Shown: in pieces, positions 7,667 to 16,644 of the stretch
How the letters are laid out: each line of letters begins with the position of its first letter
Position numbering within the stretch: the first letter of the stretch is position 1
NCBI GenBank assembly: GCA_964507905.1
Contig: CAZDSE010000001.1
Location: forward strand, 1-25,518
DNA: 25,518 nucleotides
Source of the DNA: an uncultured bacterium
Lineage (GTDB): Bacteria; Bdellovibrionota; JACOXK01; 2-02-FULL-40-11
Direction of reading: 5' to 3'
Translations under genes and position numbers: made by a program
The notes under the pieces: generated by a model
The model's input: the letters and a program-made list of their open reading frames with translations, nothing else
Told to the model about the DNA's origin: nothing
The model's database searches: none

Positions 7667-8332
7667 CTAAAATAAAAACAAATGCTCCAACCACCGTCCC
7701 ACCAAAAATACCGGCCACGCCACATAGCTTAAAACCCCGGTCATCATCAATGCCAAGAGCACAATCATTCCACTCATGGGATGAATCGATTCAAAAAAAC
7801 TTCGAATATTGTCTGGCAAAAATCGCCCAATAATTTTGGATCCATCCAGAGGAGCAATGGGAAGTAAGTTAAAGAAACATAACATTAAATTGAGCCGGAT
7901 GCCAATCACCGTCAAATCCTGAAACATTCGAATGGATTCCGGCATGAAAACCCCAGAACCAAAGCTGGTCACCATCCCAAATATAAAGGCAGATATAAAT
8001 GCCAAAATAAAATTAGACCCAGGACCTGCCAAAGCCACCCAAAACATATCTTCCACCCGCCGACGAAAATTCAAGGGATTGACCGGCACTGGCTTTGCCC
8101 ACGCAAACGGAATCCCGCCCCAAAACACATATAATAATGGAAGAACAACGGTCCCTATGGGATCCAAATGAGGAATGGGATTTAAGGTCAACCGGCCCAT
8201 GAGCTTCGCCGTCGAATCCCCCTTCCGATATGCCACCCACCCATGACAATATTCATGGATCGTGAGCGACAACACAAATATCGGAAAATACAATAGCAGC
8301 AAATGCACTTTGTCCATAGAGACAATGTACAA
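7667..8332 (-). CDS. Site-2 protease family (peptidase M50B) membrane metalloprotease
   Basis: HEYCHG (HExxH), GRLTLNPIPHLDPIGT, VALAGPGSN, FNLLPIAPLDGSKI (NxxPxxxLDG). The start is TTG 8332 or, more likely, ATG 8317. Confidence 0.92.
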   Translation of the reverse strand: MYIVSMDKVHLLLLYFPIFVLSLTIHEYCHGWVAYRKGDSTAKLMGRLTLNPIPHLDPIGTVVLPLLYVFWGGIPFAWAKPVPVNPLNFRRRVEDMFWVALAGPGSNFILAFISAFIFGMVTSFGSGVFMPESIRMFQDLTVIGIRLNLMLCFFNLLPIAPLDGSKIIGRFLPDNIRSFFESIHPMSGMIVLLALMMTGVLSYVAWPVFLVGRWLEHLFLF

Positions 8333-8363
8333 GAATTAAGAGGAGGATTCAATAGATCTTAAC

Positions 8364-11300
8364 TTAATTGTGCCCTATCTCATAAATAGAGATAGTATAA
8401 AATGCTGAACTAAATGGATTTGTCATCGTAGTACACGAGTAACCGAATCCATTTCTATGAACAACTCCTATATATGATGCAGCAGGATTCGTTATGACTT
8501 TTTGAATGATGTTTGAAGTAGTGGTCAAATTTTGAGATAAACCATAATTTAATCGATTACAATCCCAATCGGCAAAGGCTTTGGCCATAGATTGATTAAA
8601 GGTCGGGAGACTGATCTGTACACTTTCTAAAAAATTCCATGACGGATCCAACAGAACCAATTTATCAACCGTCCCTGCATAGTTAAGCCTTGGGGCAAAT
8701 AAAATCCAATTATTTTGAAGAGGAGATATATTTTTTATATCAATAATATTTTCTGTGGAACTGACATAATTCGACAGTTTGGCTTTCAGATCTATTGGAG
8801 CTGAAAATACTTTTGAGTTGATATCAAAAGTGTACAGCTCGAAACTATTTTTAGATGCCACAAAATAAATCGTGTTATCGGTTGCCTTCAGAAGTCTCAT
8901 GTTTTCAAAATATTTATCTTGACCATATTCTTGATTGCTTAAAATCGCATTACTAAACGCCGTTGCACCATAAGTACTTCTCGAAGATTTTATAATTTGA
9001 TTACTGGCCGAAGCTCCATAGTCCTTAAACAAAAGCCATGAGAATAAAAAGTTGGATCCTTGGTTTACCACACCTAAAATAGAGGCATCGGTAACTGGCT
9101 CATAATTCACATCTACGCCAAGATCGGTGCTTAGAAAATCCTTAATCAGTCTTTTAGATTTTGTAGATTTGTTAATTTCCAAAAGACTTAGAGCTTTAAA
9201 ATTATCCCAAGCCCCCCCCTCACTTAGAAAAGCAATTTGTGTCAATGATGGGTCACTTGGAACATCAGAGACTACGATCTGAGGTCCGTAATAGTCCGTA
9301 CCCCCAGCCAACATATTTTCAGATGGAGAAGTCGAAAATGAAGCAATTTTTGAACAGCCATTGTTATATACATGAACCACTTGTGGTGGGAGTATGGCCT
9401 TCGTCGAACAGTTGGTATTATAGAAATCATCACAAATAATGGTTTCACTACCGGTAGCGTAATTAATATTTTTTTCGTATACATAAACATCCCCATTTTG
9501 TCCCAATGCAAATTTGGCTGCAAACGGCGCATAAAAAGGAAGATCTCGAGCCACAAACGCCCCTTTAAGATAAGGAAAATATGCATTCGCGGGGGCTTTT
9601 AGTTCATCGTAGGGAATATCGGTCACGCTACATTTATAAGCTGGGCAAAGTATTCCCGTGCATGTCTCAGAGGGGGCAGGAGGAGGTTCAGCAATAATGA
9701 GATCTGAAGACAAGGAGCTCGCCCCTTGTTCATACCCTGGATCTCCAGGATAGAGTAAAATATGCCCCATAATTTTAAATCCTGATTTGGGAACCGTGAT
9801 GGGACCTCCCAAATAAAATTGCGTATCTTTGAAATAGTATTCTGCCGTCGCTGGAGGAACCCATATCGAAGTAGAGGTCATAAAAGTACCAAGCAATGCG
9901 GCGGTAGCCGAGGGTTGTACACATTGATATCCTGTCGTTGATAATCCAGTTTTGGACGTCCCTGCTCCATAACCATAATCCGAAACTGAGTTGGTGTAGA
10001 AAAATGCGGGTCCTGTCATATTGAGTTCTGTTACGACAAACTTATCTAAAGGAAGCTTATAACTTACAGAATCGGAAGAAATATAGGGAGACGAACCAGA
10101 ATAAGCATTCATCACCGTCATCTTATTTCCCACAAAGTTGATCCCATCGCTATTATAGATATATTCATCTTTGGGCAATCCTTGATCTGTAAAAAGATTG
10201 AGAGAAAAAGCCTGATTGTTTTTTATCCCTTCCGTATTTTGATCGTTAAATGTAACTTGAGCTTGATTAATTGAAAAATTTAAATTTGGGAACATCCGAT
10301 AACTATACTGGACTTTTGTACAATTCCGATTCTGCAAGGAGACGTAGGAAAATATCCCAGTCACGGAAAATGGAATGAGCACATGGGAAACATTCACCGG
10401 CTTTTTAAAGGCCACTTGCCACCCTCCATTGGGAAAGATGGGGTTCGAGCTGGCTCTATTCATGTTAAAGTAATAGAGATCTCTTCCCACCCAATCATTG
10501 TATGGATAAGCCCCTGGAACCTGAAAAGATTGGATCACATCCGATGCAACGAGATCTTGAAGAGGTGAAAATCTGATGGCACCAATATTTGGTGCAAACC
10601 GATATTGCACTGTTTTAGATATGATCACACCATTATCACTTCTCAAGGCCTCAAGCTTAAAGTATTGAATTCTTTCAGTATCGCTTTTCCAATATCTCAG
10701 AAGTGAATCATACGTTCTGGCCGATGCATCCAGTTCAACCGGCTGAGACATCCCCAACAAGGTTGAAAAATCGGCCTTTTCAGACAGAGAAACTCTAAAC
10801 TTTGAAATCACACGATCCGAACTGCCCCGAAATGCATCCAAGACTTTCCATGAAAAACCAGATTGAGTATCAACAGAAGCACCGGGTTTAAAGCTGACCA
10901 AAGATTGATCTTGCCTTGGAGAAGTAATTTCAAACACATCGCATTCATCTTTGATTCCATCACCGTCGGAGTCTTGGCCGTTGTCATTGTATTGGCAAGA
11001 ATCACACGCATTTCCATAGCCATCGGAGTCTGAATCCGCTTGATCGCGGTTAGAGATAGAGGAACAATTATCAACAGTCCCTGTCACGTTAGAACAGGTC
11101 ATTAGACTACCATCACACCCATCTTGATCTGGGTCATTGGCCAAAGACTTTTTGGTAATGGGATCTATATCACAGACATTGTCAATTCGATCGACGTCAG
11201 TATCATTCCCAGAGTTGACTTGATTATGGCAGCTATCGCAATTTGCAAAACCCACCCCCGGTAGTCCATCCATGGCTTCTCCGGCAATGACTTTCCAATC

Positions 11301-14300
11301 GGTGGAAGCGGTAGAAGGTTCTATTCTTGCAGGTCTACATTCATGTAATGGATCTGTGGCATTGGCGAGAGGCCAATAGTCGACGAGATTATCTCCATCA
11401 GAATCATAGGCGGCTATCCCAGATTCACATGCATCTCCACCTCTGGCATCACCGTCTGAGTTTTTCTGATCATGATTTGCGATATTGGGACAGTTATCGA
11501 CTTGAGAAGCCCCGGTCTGAGGATTCTTACATGTTTGAAGTGTGGCATCACATCCATCTTGATCTAGATCATTGGGATAGGGATCGCATTTGGAATCAAT
11601 CCCATCTTTGTCCCCTTCCGTAAATGAATTTTGTTCATTATTTTTCCCCACACAACTGTCACATCGAACCGGTTGCCCATTCACCGTAACATCTGCTCCT
11701 TGAGTAATGGCTCCTGTGTCAAGATTGGTTTGGGCTCTTTGGCAGGCATTTAGAGGTTTATTTTCTTGTACCCCTTGTCTTCTTCTTTTCGCCCAATCGA
11801 GCCAGGTACTTTGTACCCCTTTATGATATTCGGGTTGTAAGTCTTGATCCGTATCTAGGGGATATGGATCACAGACATCTCCAACGCCATCCCCATCAGA
11901 ATCCATTTGATCAAAGTTTTTATCAAATGTCGTATTACTACAGTTATCACAAAACACACTCCCAGTACTGCAATCAGGGATTCCATCATTATCCAAATCT
12001 CTGGACGTATCCACAATTTGATTTAGCTCTGAAATATAATAGTAATCGCAGTTATTTCTAATCCCATCTAAATCGGCATCTAAAGAAGTATTCCCGATTT
12101 CTGATCCTGTTAATGTGCAAAAATTTCCTTCGCATGCATCTCCACAATTGTGGATATCTTTAGACCCACCAGACACTTCTACTTTACAAGAGTTATTGGA
12201 ATCCAGTTGATCTGAGTTTAAAGCACTGGCGCAGTTATCACAGCTATCTCCCACGCCATCTCCATCGCTATCTGATTGCGAGTAATTATAAAGTTGATTT
12301 TGAGTTAAAGATGGATATTTTTTGGGACTGCAGTTATCACACACATCATAGATGCTATCCAGGTCTAAATCATCCAAGCTTCCCGGCTGGTTTGGCCCAT
12401 TGTATACATTCCGACATGACGGAGATTCTTGACTATCTGCGATCCCGTCACTGTCTTGATCAGCGAATACAACATAGCTAACTATAGACTCCCCACTTTG
12501 ATTGCCCACACTGTCTCTGGCAGAGGCTCTCACAATCACACTTTTTGTATAACTGAGATTTACCGTAGGCCCTTGAACGGTTTGAGAAGTAATGAGTCCA
12601 CTGTTTGAGGCATCTTTGACTTCATAGAAAATCGTCGTTCCTGATTTATTTTCTGTTGAAAGCGTTATGGCAATACTATTTGAATAATTGGTATTAGATT
12701 GCCCAGGGGTAATGGTCATTGAGGGTGCTTGATTATCGATGGTATATTTAAATCCACTTGAAAGTGCTTCATTAGTTGCCTGATCCACACAAAGCGCATA
12801 CAGTATAAATTCCTGGTTTCTTGGAATTTTATTCTTATCACTATCGGATAATAATTTTGGGTAAATATATTGAGATGTGGCTGTGGGAACTTGATTCACC
12901 CCCCAATAAATACTGGCTTTTAAATTCTCTACCCCTGAGTCTGTACATTTAATCCCAAAATAACTAAAAAAGTTACTTTCATTATATGCAGTTTGGGAAG
13001 AAGGACTCATCTGGGGCTCTGAGGCTACTTTCTTAAACTCGATACTATTATTTAATTTTGCTCCTGCATTTTGTGCCAAATCTATTGCAAATGCTCGAAT
13101 AGTTGCTGTATCTGAAAGGGGTACTTCCGCATACCCCCCCGTGGCTCGAATTGTCTTTCCAGTGGCATCATTGGGATCGGGTTCTACGGGAGTGCCACTT
13201 CCATAAGTAATCGTATAATAAATAGTAGCAGTCGTATCTCTGACCGTGCTGTCTATAGACTTTTTGGCTTCTATTATAAATTTCTTACCAATATCTTTTA
13301 TCCCATACAGTCCTCCTATTGGATTCCCTTGTGGACTAAAGTTAACGACTGGCAGAGTTTTATCCAACTCATATTCTCTTTTTACTGGGGTTTGTGTTAT
13401 ATTTCCACTCACATCTTCCCCAATGACTTTTATAATCGTTACCCCTTCATCAGAAATCGTATCGATCACTTTGGGAAGCGCTGAAACTGTGACATCCATT
13501 TTATTGGTGTAGCTGGCTTTAGTAACAGTACAATCCGTGCCATTTAACACCCTGCACCAATACACAGTTTTAATATCACTATCCGCATTGTCCAATACAA
13601 CGGATATGGCTTTATTGGTTAATCGGGTTATTGGACTAATCGATAATACTGGAGCCATGCTATCTATGGCATAAGAAACCTCTTGGGTCTGACTTTGATT
13701 CCCCACACTGTCTTTTGCACTGGCTCTTACTATAATAGACTTTGTATAACTTCGACTCACTGTAGGCCCTTGGACCGTTCCACTTTCAAGTACACTGATT
13801 TGGTTTATGGCATCCAATATAGAATATGTAATTGTGGTCCCTGTTTTATTTTCTGTTGAAATGGTAAAATCCACTTTATTCGCATATGGAATCGAAGACT
13901 GACCTGGGCTTATTGTAACGGAAGGTGCCAATGTATCTATTGTATATTTATATCCAGCTGCAGATGTTCTACTTTCATTATTGGCCTCATCCACACACAG
14001 CGCATGAATCGTAAATTCAGCGTTTCTGGGGATTTTGTCCTTATCGCTATTCGATAAAACTTTAGAATATAAAAATTTTAAATCCTTTGTGGGAACTTCA
14101 TTAATCCCCCAATACAGTGTGGCTTTTAAATTCTCTGCCCCTGAGTCTATGCACTTAATCCCAAATAAATTAAAAAAGTTACTCTCCGCATATATATCCG
14201 GCGAAGGACCCACTTGTACCTGGGAAGCATCTTTTTTAAACTCTATCCGATTGCTAGAAGCCTCTCCTGCGTTTTGTGCCAAATCTTTTGCAAATGCTCG

Positions 14301-16490
14301 AATGGTGGCTGTATCTGAAAGAAATTCTTCCTTATACCCATTGGTTGCTGTCTTTGTCACTCCCGTATGATCATCCGGATTGGGTTCTACTGGAACATTA
14401 CTCCCATACGTAATCGTGTAATAAATCGTAGACCCACTATCTCTCTTATTATTATCTTTGGGATTAATCGCTTCTATACTTACTTTTTTGGGAATGTCTA
14501 AACTTCCATACGGCCCACCTCCCAATGGATTATATTTAATCACAGACTTGGTTGTATCTAGCTCATACTCCTTCTTATTGGGTTGAGACAAATTCAAATC
14601 ACTGTCTTCTGCAATGAGCTTTATAATGGTTATTCCCTCATTAGAAATCGTATCGATCACTTTGGGAAGCTCGGCCTTGGTGACATCCATCTTTGAAGTG
14701 TAAGTGGTTTTACTAACCGTGCAATCAGGCGCATTTAATGCCTTACACCAATAAATTGTTTTGATATCACTGTGTGTAGAATCTACTTTTACAGATATGG
14801 CTAAATTATGGAGCCTTTCATCCGGCATAATCGTTAACTCCGGAGCAATGCTATCTATCGTATAGGTACTTTCCAAAAGAGGCGTAGACATATTCCCCGC
14901 TCTATCTTTCACAAATGCTTTAATCACATTTTGTCCCTGGGTTGTAAGCCTTGGAAGCGTAAATGAATATGGTAAATCAAATACATCCGCTCTATTTGTA
15001 TTTTGATCACTGTCTAAAGGCGCCAATTTGTTATTGGTCCAATACATGATGCCGGCTTCCGATGACTGAAGCTTTGCCACCACATCCGCTGTATATCTTC
15101 CTTGAATTGGGGTTATTGAAAGTGTTGGAATTTCTTTGTCCAATACAAACCGAAATGGACCTTCTTTTGAAAAATTATTAAGCGCATTATACGCACTAAA
15201 TCGCAACGTAAATACTTTGGCCTGCCCCACATTTACCTTATACGGATCTTGGCTCCCCACCCTTATCCCTGTAGATGCATCAAATTTTAAAGACGTCTTA
15301 TCTGCATCCTCTGCCACTTCCCCTTCTTTTAAACTGTAATATATCTCATCTGAGCTATTGGCCGTTAAAAGCATTATCTTAAAATCTTCATTATAATAAC
15401 TTCGGTCAGATAACGCCGTAGCCGCCACTCGATCCACTTCAATCTTTAGCCCTGTCGGTGCTTGCGTATCCACCTTATAGCTCGCATTAAATATCCCACT
15501 CGTATTCCCATAACTGTCCCTTGCCCTCGCCTTTATCACTGTCCAGTCATTTATCTTTTGTATCGTTATTTTTCCCCCATGCATCACATGCATACTCCGC
15601 ATCTCACCAGCCACGATGGGATCACTCCCATCCTCTGTATAAAAAATCTCATCCGTCGCATCCTTCGCAAATAACGTAACATCAAATGTAGCTCCTCGAA
15701 TGGTGTCCGCCACAGGAGAAAAACTCACCCCGGGCGCATCCTTATCAATCGTTATTATTAATCCTATCTCCTCACTCTTCTTATCCACTCGGTCCATGGC
15801 TATGGCTTTCACCACATAGGTCTTTTCTTCCCCGGGATTGGCTGTTAAATTTAATTTCTTGGATGAAGACATGTCCCATACCAAATTCGAATCTATGGCA
15901 GCTATTGAAGAGACCATCGAATATTGTACTTTTTTAATATCCGTAGAACCATCTGCCAAAATCTCTACCCCTATATCCTTTGTGTATATAATCCCACGAT
16001 CCGTCACCTGATCCGCTCTCACTGGAGTTATATTGACCAAACTATCCATTAATCCAATGTCTGATGTCAAAAACCTAATCTTTGGATCATCCACATCGAT
16101 CTCATAATGAAGAGTCTTAACTTCTGTCTTTTGAAGCCCAAATACAGAAAAAAACGCCACATCTGTTGTCTCTATTATTGGTATCGCACTCTGTGGCACA
16201 TACTCAAAACTACTCTCCTCTTGTGGCACTATCCCATCCAACGCATAATATATCTTTGCCCCCACCCTCGATGCTTCCAAAAATACATCTATCGGCACCC
16301 CATATAACCCCTCAGGTTTACTTGCCCAGCTCGTTAGCTTGTCCTCCACCGCAGCCTTCCCAGCTCCTTGTTCCAACTTCCCTGGCCCCTCCCCGGTAGG
16401 TGAACACGACATAAAAGCCCATGACCCAAAAAAAAGAAAAAAACATAATATTGTCTTTTTTGAAATTAGTTTTAAAGAATTATATATCAT
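8364..16490 (-). CDS. Giant (2708 aa) predicted lipoprotein adhesin-like protein: Ig/CHB_HEX_C-like repeats, thrombospondin type-3 repeats and a C-terminal binding region
   Basis: Signal MIYNSLKLISKKTILCFFLFFGSWAFMS-C29. Repeated IYY..DG..P / ID..AP / A.D..GN Ig-like units. Many DxDxDGxxDxCDNC motifs. C-terminal Fn3-like, discoidin-like (GGWQVAFKKPVNVSHVLI) and propeller-like segments; these domain names are by-eye calls. Confidence 0.8.
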   Translation of the reverse strand: MIYNSLKLISKKTILCFFLFFGSWAFMSCSPTGEGPGKLEQGAGKAAVEDKLTSWASKPEGLYGVPIDVFLEASRVGAKIYYALDGIVPQEESSFEYVPQSAIPIIETTDVAFFSVFGLQKTEVKTLHYEIDVDDPKIRFLTSDIGLMDSLVNITPVRADQVTDRGIIYTKDIGVEILADGSTDIKKVQYSMVSSIAAIDSNLVWDMSSSKKLNLTANPGEEKTYVVKAIAMDRVDKKSEEIGLIITIDKDAPGVSFSPVADTIRGATFDVTLFAKDATDEIFYTEDGSDPIVAGEMRSMHVMHGGKITIQKINDWTVIKARARDSYGNTSGIFNASYKVDTQAPTGLKIEVDRVAATALSDRSYYNEDFKIMLLTANSSDEIYYSLKEGEVAEDADKTSLKFDASTGIRVGSQDPYKVNVGQAKVFTLRFSAYNALNNFSKEGPFRFVLDKEIPTLSITPIQGRYTADVVAKLQSSEAGIMYWTNNKLAPLDSDQNTNRADVFDLPYSFTLPRLTTQGQNVIKAFVKDRAGNMSTPLLESTYTIDSIAPELTIMPDERLHNLAISVKVDSTHSDIKTIYWCKALNAPDCTVSKTTYTSKMDVTKAELPKVIDTISNEGITIIKLIAEDSDLNLSQPNKKEYELDTTKSVIKYNPLGGGPYGSLDIPKKVSIEAINPKDNNKRDSGSTIYYTITYGSNVPVEPNPDDHTGVTKTATNGYKEEFLSDTATIRAFAKDLAQNAGEASSNRIEFKKDASQVQVGPSPDIYAESNFFNLFGIKCIDSGAENLKATLYWGINEVPTKDLKFLYSKVLSNSDKDKIPRNAEFTIHALCVDEANNESRTSAAGYKYTIDTLAPSVTISPGQSSIPYANKVDFTISTENKTGTTITYSILDAINQISVLESGTVQGPTVSRSYTKSIIVRASAKDSVGNQSQTQEVSYAIDSMAPVLSISPITRLTNKAISVVLDNADSDIKTVYWCRVLNGTDCTVTKASYTNKMDVTVSALPKVIDTISDEGVTIIKVIGEDVSGNITQTPVKREYELDKTLPVVNFSPQGNPIGGLYGIKDIGKKFIIEAKKSIDSTVRDTTATIYYTITYGSGTPVEPDPNDATGKTIRATGGYAEVPLSDTATIRAFAIDLAQNAGAKLNNSIEFKKVASEPQMSPSSQTAYNESNFFSYFGIKCTDSGVENLKASIYWGVNQVPTATSQYIYPKLLSDSDKNKIPRNQEFILYALCVDQATNEALSSGFKYTIDNQAPSMTITPGQSNTNYSNSIAITLSTENKSGTTIFYEVKDASNSGLITSQTVQGPTVNLSYTKSVIVRASARDSVGNQSGESIVSYVVFADQDSDGIADSQESPSCRNVYNGPNQPGSLDDLDLDSIYDVCDNCSPKKYPSLTQNQLYNYSQSDSDGDGVGDSCDNCASALNSDQLDSNNSCKVEVSGGSKDIHNCGDACEGNFCTLTGSEIGNTSLDADLDGIRNNCDYYYISELNQIVDTSRDLDNDGIPDCSTGSVFCDNCSNTTFDKNFDQMDSDGDGVGDVCDPYPLDTDQDLQPEYHKGVQSTWLDWAKRRRQGVQENKPLNACQRAQTNLDTGAITQGADVTVNGQPVRCDSCVGKNNEQNSFTEGDKDGIDSKCDPYPNDLDQDGCDATLQTCKNPQTGASQVDNCPNIANHDQKNSDGDARGGDACESGIAAYDSDGDNLVDYWPLANATDPLHECRPARIEPSTASTDWKVIAGEAMDGLPGVGFANCDSCHNQVNSGNDTDVDRIDNVCDIDPITKKSLANDPDQDGCDGSLMTCSNVTGTVDNCSSISNRDQADSDSDGYGNACDSCQYNDNGQDSDGDGIKDECDVFEITSPRQDQSLVSFKPGASVDTQSGFSWKVLDAFRGSSDRVISKFRVSLSEKADFSTLLGMSQPVELDASARTYDSLLRYWKSDTERIQYFKLEALRSDNGVIISKTVQYRFAPNIGAIRFSPLQDLVASDVIQSFQVPGAYPYNDWVGRDLYYFNMNRASSNPIFPNGGWQVAFKKPVNVSHVLIPFSVTGIFSYVSLQNRNCTKVQYSYRMFPNLNFSINQAQVTFNDQNTEGIKNNQAFSLNLFTDQGLPKDEYIYNSDGINFVGNKMTVMNAYSGSSPYISSDSVSYKLPLDKFVVTELNMTGPAFFYTNSVSDYGYGAGTSKTGLSTTGYQCVQPSATAALLGTFMTSTSIWVPPATAEYYFKDTQFYLGGPITVPKSGFKIMGHILLYPGDPGYEQGASSLSSDLIIAEPPPAPSETCTGILCPAYKCSVTDIPYDELKAPANAYFPYLKGAFVARDLPFYAPFAAKFALGQNGDVYVYEKNINYATGSETIICDDFYNTNCSTKAILPPQVVHVYNNGCSKIASFSTSPSENMLAGGTDYYGPQIVVSDVPSDPSLTQIAFLSEGGAWDNFKALSLLEINKSTKSKRLIKDFLSTDLGVDVNYEPVTDASILGVVNQGSNFLFSWLLFKDYGASASNQIIKSSRSTYGATAFSNAILSNQEYGQDKYFENMRLLKATDNTIYFVASKNSFELYTFDINSKVFSAPIDLKAKLSNYVSSTENIIDIKNISPLQNNWILFAPRLNYAGTVDKLVLLDPSWNFLESVQISLPTFNQSMAKAFADWDCNRLNYGLSQNLTTTSNIIQKVITNPAASYIGVVHRNGFGYSCTTMTNPFSSAFYTISIYEIGHN
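10938..12461 (-). repeat. Thrombospondin type-3 (Ca2+-binding) repeat region, ~508 aa
   Basis: DSDGDGVGDSCDNC, DSDGDGVGDVCDP, DADLDGIRNNCD, DLDNDGIPDC, DSDSDGYGNACDSC, DSDGDGIKDECD and others. Confidence 0.85.
12474..14865 (-). repeat. Tandem duplication of a ~397-399-aa (about four-domain) module within the giant gene
   Basis: Copy 1 TIDSIAP...VSYAID (~13671-14865); copy 2 AIDSMAP...VSYVVF (~12474-13670); period 1191-1197 nt. Shared exact DNA includes GAAATCGTATCGATCACTTTGGGAAGC. Confidence 0.9.
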
Positions 16491-16533
16491 ACAGTCTCAG
16501 CTTACGTTCCACATCCCACCTAAATACTTCTTA

Positions 16534-16542
16534 AGTTTACCA
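16534..16542 (-). promoter_or_regulatory. Possible extended -10 promoter (TGgTAAACT) upstream of the 2708-aa gene
   Basis: TGn-TAnnnT motif 44 nt upstream of ATG 16490, preceded by a long A/T tract. No clear -35. Confidence 0.3.
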
Positions 16543-16644
16543 TAAAAATAAAAAAAGAAATAAAAATTTTAAAAAAACAAATCAAGATTCTAATCAAATT
16601 TTAATCCGCCATTATTAAACATCCGTCCTAATTTTTTATACCCA

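Noticed and set aside
7477-7833. 118-aa + strand ORF containing VIPAKA
   Set aside because: It is antisense to trpS and S2P; the peptide is only the translation of the REP-like element.
8318-8330. TACATT 6 nt before ATG 8317, suggesting a leaderless S2P transcript
   Set aside because: A weak hexamer in AT-rich DNA with no supporting -35 or extended motif; the start codon itself is uncertain.
12474-14865. Diversity-generating retroelement template/variable repeat pair
   Set aside because: Both copies are long in-frame coding modules with differences at all base types and indels. No reverse transcriptase is present in the window.
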